A stretch of 64,000 nucleotides of DNA from Epiperipatus broadwayi (lineage: Eukaryota > Animalia > Onychophora): positions 23,312,001-23,376,000 of the forward strand of contig JAQFVV010000004.1 of NCBI GenBank assembly GCA_028023455.1. Direction: 5' to 3'. A program made the position numbers and the translations under genes. Each line of letters begins with the position of its first letter. Position 1 is the stretch's first letter. Below, piece after piece: positions 41,034-53,088 of the stretch. The notes beneath the pieces were generated by a model. The model did no database searches. It saw only the letters and a list, made by a program, of their open reading frames with translations, and was not told the DNA's origin.

Positions 41034-42599
41034 CTGTAGGGAGCCAATCAAAAAAGCAATATAATTTCTAAAAATAATTGTTGTCAAAATATTAAATTTA
41101 AATAAAATTATTAATATAAATCTTTTTTTTTATTATGTACCACAAACAGATAAATTATTGGATTGCAAAAAAAAATAATTTTTTTTTTATATATAATGAT
41201 TCCCAGATCTCATTATAATTTTTAAAGGGGTGCTACATTGGACACAATGAAAAGATTCTATATATTTTTATTAATATATTTATATGTTGCAGGATATCTA
41301 ATAGTATAGATTTAGCAGTTGATGTGAATAAATATTTTCATCCATTTACAAAGCATAAAGTATTCTGTTTGTAGAAGATACATCATATATCAAAAAGCAG
41401 TAAATAATCAGTTATTGCTTATTGATTATTCACTGATAACTTTTTCATACCTAAAGTTCTTTTACTATAAGTTTAAATGTGGATCCAACTAGTATGCAAA
41501 TAACTATACTAATAATTTTCTAAATTTAGGAATTCAAACGAGAGTAAAAGCACACTAAACATATGTTAATAAAGGTGTTAAGATAGCAATTTGAATCCTA
41601 TGTGAAGAATTCCTTTTATTTTTCAATCAGACACAAATCTCAAAAAATATTCAATACCACATTTGTCATCAATTAATCTAATTAATTGTTTAATGATATT
41701 TCATCATTATATATTATATTTTGTTTACATGTAAGTGTCCAATAATAACTGCCAATTTTTTAAAGACTTTGTTATTTATCACCCACAGTAAAGAACAGAT
41801 TCATATATATGTTTTTTTTTTTTTAAACAATCCATAGAATTTACATAATTTAAAATTTTGACAACTTAATTATGAGATGATTAATGAAGAATGAAATTTA
41901 TTTTAATCACTTAATATTGATATTTTTTTAACATTTTATCTCACAATTGCATTTTTATCTATTATTCAAATAATCATGCACTTAAAAGCATAATTACCAA
42001 CAATGAAGTTAGCTACAGATAAAGTTATCAAAAATAATTAATTATGCTCAACTTGAATAAAAAGTTTAAAAAAAAACAACTTATGAAACTATATAAGATT
42101 TATGAGAGAAATCTATAAAAGACTTTTCAAATGAGTAGCCAGCAATAAATTATTAATTAATATATGAGAAGGTACGTGGTGTATGTCTACATATAAAATA
42201 CATTAGCAAGAAAAAAAAGACTGAGAATCTAATGTGACACATATATTGTTACCACAAGATTCAAATGTTAAAGAAAGGTAGATTAGTAATATATAGAGAA
42301 TAATCAACAAACTATGACAATTCTTGTCTTGATCCAAAATATGAAGTATTTTAGAAAAAGATTTAGTTTGGTTGACATTTATGAAGCTAAATTAATTTAG
42401 TGCGAGGATGTGCTGAGTTGTGTCTATATAAGTTAATTACCTAAAAGAATATTTACTATTATTATTTTATTGTCTTTAATATATAATTAAATCAAAGAGA
42501 AGTTCATTTTAAATGCTGAGAATATATATAAAATAAAAAAAAACCATATACTTAGAAAAAAGTTATTAGTGTCTACTTGGTTTGTTAATTAAAAGTTGT

Positions 42600-45500
42600 G
42601 GAACTATATTATCTTTAGAGAAAACAGTAGCTAAGTCTGATATGTATGTCAGGGGTAAAGTCTGGATTCGAATCCCCTTTTAATTATTTCTAGCTTAAGT
42701 ATATATACTATACATATACTTCAATATTACATATTAAAATTGTAAAAGATATTGGAAGTTGAAATATTTGTTATGGTAATTACTAATAATTGACAGAAAC
42801 TGTCTGAACTAATAATGGAAGAATATAATGAATTAATTGATAGCGTAAAAAATGTCACAAAAATGACATAGATGAGTTATTACAAAGATTAGACAACCAA
42901 TATAAATTAAATATGGGTTATTTTAATAATAACAAGTTAAGCAGATTATATGAAAAGAATAATATTATATTCTTGGATATATGGAATCTTTTCAATGAAA
43001 AAAGAATGCTTTTTAATAAAGATAATATACATTTATCAATGCTAGTAGACGAAATATCAGGAAATATAATTTATAACAAATTTTGTAAATTGGGAAATTT
43101 ATAATTGGAAAAGAGATGAAAAAAGCGATTTTTGAAAGAAGATTAATGATAGAATTTACACACACAAAAAAGCAAAGGACAATTTATTCCCAGAGTAGTG
43201 GAATGTTAAGATATATATATTTTTTAAAAGTATATAAGAAAATGAATTGTAAAAGTAAAAATGTAATAATCAAATATAAATTTGTTGTGAAAAAGAAAAG
43301 AGTTGAGAGAACTTGGTGAGAAAGAAATACATTATTAAGATAAAATATATAAAATAGAAGAACAGAAAAATTGTTTAAATGTGAAATGTTTGGAGTGTTA
43401 GTTGTAGTGGCAATATATTAAAAAAAAAAAAGAATCTTTTTTTTCGGAAATTTATACTAGCAGCAGGCAAATAGAAGCGAGAATAAAAGTTATAATGGGA
43501 ATATAGGTTGCATGTAAAAAAAATAAATTCAAATGTTGTTTAGTTTGAAAATAAACAATCAGAAATAGAAGATTATTGTGATATATATAGGTACAGAAAA
43601 TGACCAAGTTATAATTGAATGGAACTATAAATGTTAGGAATGTTTATGAAAAATATATTTGTTTTCAAAAAAAAAAGCAGAAGAAAATAATAGTTATAAA
43701 GAAAATAAATGAATAATAAAAATGGTCTATTATATAAAAAAAAAAATGTCAGAAAGAATGAATAATGCTGGTCTAAAATAATTTGATTATATATCAACAG
43801 ATAAAAAATTAATGAATAAAATAAAGAAGAATGAAAGTTTTTGATAAAAATAAAAATAAAAAAAAGTTCGAGAAAGATATGGAATATAAATGATAAAAAT
43901 AAAATGGACGAACACCATATGACCATGAAAGATTTATTGGATGTGATAATGAAAAGTGACACATATAAGTTTTGAGTAAGATTAACCATAAAATTAAATA
44001 CAATACATAATTTAAAATTAGCAAATTGTAAAGAGAAAGTCTTAAGAGAGCATCAATATGTTGTAAACACAAGAAAAGTGAAATTAAGATTACATGGAAA
44101 GATTATTTAAATAAAATAAAGTTGGTTAAGTTGGATAATTATAGAGAATACTAAAAAAAAAAAAAAGTAGGAAATAAATTTTTTTTTGGAAATATACAAA
44201 AAATTGGAAGATAATTGAAAAAGAAAGTGTATTATTTGATCAGAAAAATAATGATCTACCTGTAGAAAAATAATAAGATGGTTTTCACCAACAATTAGTT
44301 TGGCGTATGTTTATACACACTTGGATATAGTAATGTATTTGCTAATGTTTATTGTAATCATGCTTTGACAAAGATATGCTGTACTGAAATTCTGGCTCAG
44401 CAAAGTAATAATATTGTTTTGTAGCAAAGATTTATTACCATAATAGCATATACCTATAATATAGTTTATTTTTAAACAATGCATACTGCAAAAAAAAAAA
44501 AAAGAGACAAGAGAGAAAATGAGATAGCAATTATAAAATGATTTTATTACTTTTATTATTTATTTCAGCAATGATGATGATGATAATAATAATAAAATTT
44601 ACAGAAAATAGATAAACTGGAATAGAGAATTGATTAATCCAAGAGAAAAGTTTTATTGAAATATTTTAATTTTTTAATAAAAGGGTAAACACATTAGAAA
44701 GCAAATTAATTGTATATCAGTTACCCTAAATTCATTGATTTATAAAATATTTGATAGATGACGGTTGAAAAAAAATAATTAAATAGATAAAGAAAATAAC
44801 ATAGTGGTAAAGGTGAAGAAGGACTAGACACACTTGGCATATAGGTAATAATTTACTTACAATCAGACAATTAACAAAACTGAGAAAGAAAATAGGCAAA
44901 AATTTATAAATATGTCTTTTATAAATATAAAGAATGCTTTTGACAAAATAAATAGAAATAGATTGTGGATAGTTTTGTTAAATAAAGAAATGGATAGAGT
45001 ATTACTGAATAGATTAGAAAATTATATGTAAACTTATTGATTAGAAAATACTAACACAATTAAATTGAAAGTAGTATTGAGTCAAGTCAAGGATATTCCA
45101 TGTCTTCTACATTGTTTTTATTTAGTTTTTTAAAAAAAGTAATTGTCAATAGAAGGATATAAAAATGCTGTAAAATATCTTTAATAAATAATAAGGGACT
45201 GAAAATTTTGTGGAGCCTTTTCTTTGTTACTGATTTATTCTTGTACAGAAAATAGGGGAAATAGGAATATTTTGGTGATTTGTACAAAGAGAGTAAAAAA
45301 AGTGGGATAAAAGTTAGTGATGAAAAGTTAAAATAATAAACGTAAAAGAAAAAGAAAAAAATGAGGTTTTCTTTTTAACAAAGATAAATAATTTCAGGCT
45401 ACTTAGGAATTATTTTAAGTAACTAAAAAGTTTATTAGTATGATTGAATGCAAAAAAAAAAAAAGATGATTAAAAAAGATAACATTGTTTTTGTAATATA

Positions 45501-45750
45501 GATAAAATATATAAATTTTAATAAATGTGAAGGATATACTATATATTATAAAAGGATTCAGAGGGAAGTAGAAAGATATGTTTTGAATGAATATATATGG
45601 ACAGAAATTGAAACATTTGAAAATAATGTTAAAAAGAATGCAAATAGCAAGTTAGAAAATTTTAACAGATTGCACTTTGTGGATAGTGATAGTAATAGTT
45701 AAAAAGGTTTTAATTAAGTTTTAAAATAAGGACATGCATTAAAATAAATA
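42600..45750 (+). mobile_element. Decayed LINE with an SGNH/GDSL-esterase-like ORF1 and EN/RT ORF2
   Basis: ITNN.DR (GTND-like) and FLDIWNLF...LFNKDNIHLS (D..HL). Downstream AFDKINRNRLW and G..SS.LF RT motifs. Confidence 0.55.
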
Positions 45751-46215
45751 AGAAAAATAGTAGAATAAATTAAAAAATTGGAGACAAATTTATGTCAGTT
45801 CATCTTTGTAAAAACTGGGATGATTATGGTTAAAAACATAACAGATATAGAAAGTTGAGTTTTAATATATATAAAAAATAAGCATATTATCAGGAATGAG
45901 AAAAATTTTGATTAACAGTAATTGAAATTAATCTATTCTTTAAAGTTGAAAAAAAAGATAAAAGCATATAAATATGTCAAGAAATTAATTTTTTCTGATG
46001 GCATTTGTTATGAATATGGATCTATTATTTCTATCATAAAAAGCATGCTATAATTATTGCAACTATACATTAAATAAAAATACTTATTAAAAAAAATCAA
46101 CTCTATTTGAAAAGTCTTTATTTTACTATAGAATCTAAAAAATGAATGATGAATGAGACAGACTAAGCATAGATTTAACCCATATAGTGGAGTGTGAAAC
46201 CAAACTTCAAATTAC

Positions 46216-46278
46216 CACGCTTAGGAAAAGCGTCAAATGATCCATCACGATTCTGGTAGTTCAGTTGTCTTTGGTAGC
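46216..46278 (-). CDS. Mcr: Exon E7a: (G)YQRQLNYQNRDGSFDAFPKR(G); could extend to 46201 using a GTTTCA donor
   Basis: TTTTATCTTAG acceptor. Canonical TEP GYQRQL.Y...DGSF motif. G|GTAATT donor gives 63 nt, phase 1-1. The donor choice is inferred. Confidence 0.8.
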
Positions 46279-46979
46279 CTAAGATAAAAATAAAATTCTG
46301 ACTTAAGCAAAATAATAAAGATAATAAGCCAGTAGCATGACCAATGTTAGGTATACCATATTAAATGGGAAGATATTAACAGATGATGTAAGTTAAAAAT
46401 ATAATGCACTTATAAAATATTAATAGTCATGGTAATTCATAAAATTTAATATATGTTCTTAATTAAAATCTACATTGTTTTATACAAAATTACAATTCAC
46501 ACAAAAAAATATCTACAAATTTAAATTCTCAAAAATATATTATATAAGTCCATAGTTAATCAATTCCATATATAAATATTTAAAAACTATTTGTATTATT
46601 TATCTGAGATTTTGAAAATGAAAGTTTTCTATGACAAGGTGACAATAATTAGAAGTGATCAAGAAGATTTCATGCAAATTCTATAAAGGGAAATAAAATG
46701 TTTTCTTTCCAACAATCTTTAACAAAAAATTGTTAAAGTATTTGTAATCAAGGTTCATTATAAAATAATGGTTCTAATATTGCAAGTGCTTATATAAAAT
46801 TACATATTAAAATTATATTTAAAAGAATTAGTAATTACAGATTTTTTTAAAATTTGTTATTGAAGAATATAGTTTACAGGTGTACAATTGTTGAAATGCT
46901 AAGTTCAGTATTAACTTTTATAAAAAATTTTAAGCACAGTAATTAAATATCTGTATAGTAAATATAAAACATTAGTATC

Positions 46980-47880
46980 AGGATGTGATGTGATGCACTG
47001 TGACTTCTTCTTATACAGAGTCAAGAATCTCTCCGCAATTATGCCCAGAGAAACCTGTTAGCCACTTTACATTCCCTTTCCATTCCTACCCTAAGTTTTC
47101 CCATATCCTGCTCCATCCTATTTCCACAACATAATCTTTGTCCATTCCATGGCCTTTATATCTAAATCCCCCTTATCTTTTCCCAAACCCAGCATAAAAA
47201 CCAATAACCCACTTTCTGTAAAATCATTTTGTTTATATTTATTCTTCCACAACTTCATAATTTGTACTCTTTCTGCTTTCAGGCATTTACATTTAATTAA
47301 CAGATGCCTAATATTTTCTATGCCTTCCTTACACAACTTGCAGACTAAATCACCCATATTTTTCCATTTATGTGTATATTCCCTTGTTGCTAAAGATCCC
47401 ATTCGAGTCTTAAACAGTAAATTATTTTCCTTGCTATTATCATAAATTAACTCACACCCTATATTCTGTTTACTTCTATAAATATTTAAACTCTTTTTAC
47501 TCTCCATACTAGTTCTCCATCTCTCTAACTCCCCATTCTTTATTAATGCATCTATTCTTCTATCTCATTCTTTAACACTATAACACTCAACAATTCTCCT
47601 AACATAATCATCTCACCTTTTGTATAAGTATACTGACATAAAGTCTTTATTCAAATCTTCTGCATATCATATTACCTTTCTCACCCATCTTGTTGCCTGT
47701 TCAAGTAATTTGATCACAGTGCCTCTTGTGATTAAATTGATGTGCAAAGACTTAACATTATTATCTGTCTCTCCAAAAAAAGTTTCTTGACCCCTGATTT
47801 ATATATTTGGTATATAACATTGCCAACAAGTTTTCTGTTTCTTCACTCACCTTTAAGATATCAGTTATAATTTTATCACT
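46980..47880 (-). mobile_element. LINE ORF2 3' end with C-terminal CCHC zinc knuckle and (CATCA)n tail
   Basis: ORF 47118..47507 contains CKLC...ENIRHLLIKC. Short repeat tail near 46985-47000. Confidence 0.75.
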
Positions 47881-48060
47881 TTCTGGAGTTTTCCTTTACT
47901 TCATAAAATTGCATATCTGACTTCTTCATTTAAAATCCTAGACAATTCAGAAGCTGTAATAACTGCAAAAAATACTTTGTTTTCTTATTCTTTATTACTA
48001 TACAAATCTTTATACACACAAACTAGTCCGCCATCTACTGAGCTTATCATGAATCTTAAA
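47880..48060 (-). mobile_element. RTE fragment, same family as 56420-56560
   Basis: Near-colinear match (cttcttcatttaaaatcc..gacaattcagaag). Confidence 0.7.
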
Positions 48061-48646
48061 TGTAATGCTATTTAAAATGAAATAAATGACTATGTATAGA
48101 ATGCTATTTTTTTTTTTACATATTTCTAGGAAGTTGAGTCCAATAAAAATAACTAATAAAAAATCTGGCAAATACTTGAAAATTGCATATTAATGACATT
48201 AAAAAGAAAGATCACTTCAATTTCGAATAGTCTTATTTAAATAATGATAAAAAAAAAGAAAAAAGGATTTGTATTATAAATATACTATGAAATTACTTCA
48301 AAATTAATCTATTGGCAAAATAATATATGTGGATGTAAGATAATGATAGTTTTTATCTTCAATAGTCATTAATGCTATTTACCAGTTGTTTTAATAATAG
48401 CATTTTAAGAATTGGAATGAAGATTCTGTAATTATAATTTTTCATTGGTATTTGTAGAAAAATATGTTCAAAGTTTTTTGAGTGGTTAAAGTATATTTTA
48501 TTCATTAAAAGAAAACTATGTTAATAATCGGTAAAAAATATGATTAAGATAATTTAAAAACAAACATGCACTCACATGAGTTTTCTATTCATGCTATGCA
48601 TTATTATATTAATATAATAAAACACCTTTTTAATAAACACTCTTAC

Positions 48647-48835
48647 CTATATTTAAATATTCAAAAGCTGTCTTTGCCAATTCATCTGTCAACTGATTTG
48701 TCATTCGTAAATAACGTAAAGTATATAGATTGGCTCCAAAATTAAACATATTTTGTTCACCACATCCATAAGGTTTTCTGAGCATGCTGAATGCTTCCAT
48801 GGGCATGGTTGGAAATGAAGGGCCATAAATGTCTC
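48647..48835 (-). CDS. Mcr: Mcr thioester exon (E6): (G)DIYGPSFPTMPMEAFSMLRKPYGCGEQNMFNFGANLYTLRYLRMTNQLTDELAKTAFEYLNI(G)
   Basis: TTTTTAG acceptor, G|GTAAGA donor, 189 nt, phase 1-1. Contains GCGEQ. Confidence 0.95.
48753..48767 (-). other. Thioester motif GCGEQ (GGA TGT GGT GAA CAA)
   Basis: Read directly from the sequence; both Cys and Gln are intact. Confidence 0.95.
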
Positions 48836-50089
48836 CTAAAAAATTGAATAATTATAAGAGTAGATGAAATGTAAATAAAACATTTTTTAATTCTAATTAA
48901 TTTACTTTATCATTTATCAGACTGATATATTTATTACCAAATTATATGTGAATGTCTATTTTTTAAATTAACTTTCCAATAATAATTCTCAAAGGCATAA
49001 AAGTAGATGGACAATGAGATAAATTTAGACATAAGTGCAAAAAGAAAAGCCTCAAATTTAGAAGAGTAAAAACTTATAAAAGACAAATAATTATTTATAA
49101 TAAGGCGAGAGGTCTGCATGGTGAATAAAAAATATCATAAACACAAATTATATATTGTCCCATTAAAATAAAATAAATAATTATGTTTAAAAACTGATTA
49201 AAAATGCAATAAAGTTTCCATTTTTATGAAATAAAAACAACTTTAAAATAGAGAATAAAAAGCATTAATAAAGAGAAATGTGCATATATATATATATATG
49301 TTTCAATAATAAACAATCTTATTAGTTAATATTAAATAATTTATAAGAAAGAATTTATTTTGATGGTTAATATTTGATTAATAAAATGATCCCACCTTCT
49401 ACCAAATAAAATAAAACAAATTTATAACTAATCTACATGTTACATGGATTAGAAAGTAAAAGAAACTGTGCCATTAAAAACAAATAGTCCCATTATATAT
49501 ATATATATTGTTTATTACTACGAAGTAATGTATTTATTATTAATGGAATTTCAGATCACAGTAATGAACAATTTTCAATAACGTATAGATTTGTGCTTCA
49601 TTGAAAAAGATAATTGAAAAAAAATTTTTTTTCATGTAAATCAATAAACATTTACTTATTTCTTTAATAAATGAATGTTCTTTATTTAGTTTAAGCATAT
49701 ATGAATATTAAGCCCTTTGCCTTAAAAAAGTTAGTAATTTTCAAATCAAAAAAATGCTAGATAATAAATCCTTCTAGCTTTTTATTTAATTTGCATAAAA
49801 AAATTTAAATAGATGGATATATATAAAAATTTTAAATAGCTCATTGAACAGCAAAAGACTGTTCATTAGCCCCAGGGAGAAGGAGAAAAATAAACATTAC
49901 GTACAAGACCTACCAACTATTGATGATAAAAATTATTAATGGTAGTTAATAAATCCAATACTATATATTGATTCTCTAAAATATTTTGGTTACTGTTTAC
50001 AAATCATTTCCAAAATCACTTATTTTTAAAAATATTCATAATTTAAGTTATATTTTCTACTCTGTATTATAATTAGTTGTAATAGTAAG

Positions 50090-50720
50090 GAAACCAAGCC
50101 ATACATCACATGACTTAATTAGCTTGTATTTACAAATGTAATATAATAACCTTGCTAATAGCTCTAAACAAGATTTTTGATAAATAAATATGGCTATTTA
50201 AGCTGGATTTAAAGACATATAGATGTCTGAAAATTTCAAACTTTCTATTTTGTATTTTAGATCTAGTACCTGAATGTCCTAATGCCTCACTGACGAGAGC
50301 CATTAGCTTGAAAACAGTTTGGGAATAGGAATAATTCTAGATAAAGATTTTAAATACTTTCTCTTGTGACATTTATTGGAAAAGCTTGTTTAGAGACACT
50401 CATTATATTAGATTTGTAATACAAGATTAATAAGTTAAATCATATGATGTATGCCTTGATTTTCTTACTATTATAGTTTTGCTTTTGAGACTTTGACGAT
50501 TAATATATGGTGTAGCTGAAAATTATTCAAACCCATATAGCTATTTAAGTGAGATAACTAGAGCTGAAGCCATATAGATATCTGAAAATTTCAATTTTTC
50601 TACTTAATAGTTAAGTATTAGATAAATGCTGAGTTTGAGATAGTATTTTAGATCTAGTGTCTGAATATCTATCTCACTAATGAAGTCCATTAGAAACCGG
50701 TTACAGAATTCACTGTATTG
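50090..50720 (+). repeat. Penelope pseudo-LTR / retrozyme-like array: inverted arm plus two direct-repeat units each ending in a hammerhead motif
   Basis: Arms 50090-50150 and 50400-50465 are inverted. Units 50216-50325 and 50572-50705 are about 390 bp apart. Confidence 0.6.
50285..50324 (+). ncRNA. Hammerhead motif, core intact, helix III degenerate
   Basis: CCTCA CTGACGA GAGC-CATTA-GCTT GAAA ACAGTT TGGGA. Confidence 0.55.
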
Positions 50721-51211
50721 CAAGAGAGAGGAGTTTTAAAACCAAATTTCATGGAGGTGATAGTTCTATAGTATAGTAAAGAAATGAATTAGTTCTCTTA
50801 ATGGAAATGATGAGAGAAAGAAGGGGAAGCAGCAGGAAGAAAAAGTGAGCATTAATAAATAATTTCATGAACATTTAGTGAAATTTTATGCCTACATAAA
50901 GATTTATTTTCTTCATTATGAAAAATACTTCAATAATGTTAAACAATTTGTAAAATTAGATTTGATATGAAAAAATGATTTAAAACTGTTTATTAAAGCA
51001 ATACAAAAAACTTTAAAAATTATAAGAGTTATTTCAACTTTAACAATAACAATAAGATTATACAAATATTTAAAGCAAAAAAATTGTGCTGAAATAATTT
51101 TTATTTAAATCAAATTAAAACGGAATTTCAAAAAAGGGCAATATAACTATAATTAAACTTTTTTTGAATTGTGATTAGGGGAAATAAAACTGAACTCAGT
51201 AATATACTCAC

Positions 51212-51380
51212 CTATAAGAGATATAGTAGCCTTTGATGATCCCATAACAAATAATCGTTCATTTTGTAAGGGTAACATATTATCCTGAGTTGTATTTATA
51301 TCTAGGTACTTGATAACATAACCTCTACTAGTCAAATCCAAAGCAAGTGAGGTGTGCAGAAGTTGTTCAACACCATCAGA
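51212..51380 (-). CDS. Mcr: Mcr exon: SDGVEQLLHTSLALDLTSRGYVIKYLDINTTQDNMLPLQNERLFVMGSSKATISLI(G)
   Basis: AATAG acceptor, G|GTGAGT donor, 169 nt, phase 0-1. Overlaps ORF 51153..51341. Confidence 0.92.
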
Positions 51381-51689
51381 CTATTTAAAAAAAAACAACT
51401 TAGGAGTGTGAGTCATAAATAAAATAGGTATTTGATCAATTGCTTAAACTATTACAATGATGTTTGAGTAACAAAGACATGTGTTATGAATAGTTCCACT
51501 CTTAACTAGACTAACATTTCTCTCAACAAGAAATTAATTCAAGAATGTTTACATTTTGTGCCTATCAATTTGATCCATACACTAATTAGGGCAGGAAAAC
51601 ACGAAATGAAATTAATAAAATGCAAATAAAACTATTTTTTGCTATTCAGAAAAAAAAGGTAATCATTTTAAAAAATCATGATAACATAC

Positions 51690-51818
51690 CCCAACTACCA
51701 ATTCTCTTGTTATACTATCTGAACCAATCTGTGTCTTGGCTGAAATTGTCACTTCAATAGTTCCCAATTTGACAGGAACAATTGGCATATAGATAGTCGT
51801 TGTTCTTCCAGCTTCAAT
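51690..51818 (-). CDS. Mcr: Mcr exon: IEAGRTTTIYMPIVPVKLGTIEVTISAKTQIGSDSITRELVVG
   Basis: ATAG acceptor, GGG|GTATGT donor, 129 nt, phase 0-0. TEP MG7 motif PIVP..LG.I.VT. Confidence 0.92.
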
Positions 51819-52923
51819 CTATAAATTAAACAAAAATGGATTGAAATAAAATTTTATAAATTATAAAACAAAGTCAAGATAAAATTACAAATATAATTAT
51901 TAAAGCAAAACAAATGTGAAGAATAGTCCCTTTCACAGTATTATCTGTAAATTAAAAATAATTAATATCCAATTAAAAAAATCATTTTCCTGAGATTTTA
52001 ATGAAGAAATGCCAAAAACTATTAACATCCATTCTAAGCAAAAACAGTTCTTATTACTGTAAAAAATAAATAACTCCAAAGTTTGTGAATTGAAAAAAAA
52101 GTTATTATATTGCTAAATAAAATAAATTTATTCACAGAATTGATTTTTAGGTAAGTTTATTTTCACAATAAGTAATGATTTTTTAACTGAGTGTAAGTGT
52201 TGAAAGGAATACAAATGTTTGAAAAGTTTCACTAATAATTTATTTTATTTAGTAAAAAAGTAAATTTATTCTCAATCTTTTCACATTTTTCTTTACTAAT
52301 CATTCAAGATTCTGCATATATAAACAGAGCATTAAATGTGCCCTTTTCTTAATTCTACTTACAATGGCCTGTAAAATAATCCACATTATTTCTTAAAAAT
52401 GTTATACTATGACAAGGCATTTACAGACAGCACAAATTTTTAATCTCAAATTTATATATTTTTAGAGATAAAAAAGTATTGTTTATTGTGGTATAATTTA
52501 ATTTTTATAATCCTGTTATTAAAATAATGAAACATTTATTTTAAATTATTTTATTCCTTTAAACCCTGTTTTTATGGCTTATTTGTTTTTAACTCTTAGC
52601 ATTGTAATCTACTTTATGGTTATCACATTATACATATTCAAATACTTAACTGTATTTTTAATTATTACAATTTTATTTTGACATTATTTAAATTAACCGA
52701 TAATCTTCAAAAGATTTATATACACTGACTTATATAATTTCTTATAGAATTAACTAGTTTGTCTAGATATAACTCTGTTACAAAAACAAAGTGATTTAAT
52801 ATTAGTAAAAATATTCTATCAATTCTTGAATATGTAGTTTACTTGCAGTATGCTAAAATTTGATATTAGAATTAATGATAAGAAGTACAATAACCACTCT
52901 TTGTTATTGCATTGCCAAATGTA

Positions 52924-53088
52924 TACCATATAATACTAAATCATCCAAGCAATTTACACAATACTTTATTTACCACTCCCTTTTACAGTTTACAGTTTCG
53001 ATTGCCCCAGCAAACTGTAAAAGAGGGTGGTAAATAAAGCAGTGTGTAATAGAAGTAAAGTGCATGGATGATTTAGTATTATATGGTA
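52924..53088. repeat. Fold-back hairpin whose loop is half of the second-family hammerhead
   Basis: Arms 52924-52991 and 53012-53088. Loop acagtttcgattgccccagc matches 35757-35776. Confidence 0.75.

Noticed and set aside
1178-49119. Most remaining 60-130 aa ORFs in the track
   Set aside because: Ile/Phe/Leu/Lys-rich translations typical of random AT-rich intron DNA or out-of-frame TE/NUMT pieces.
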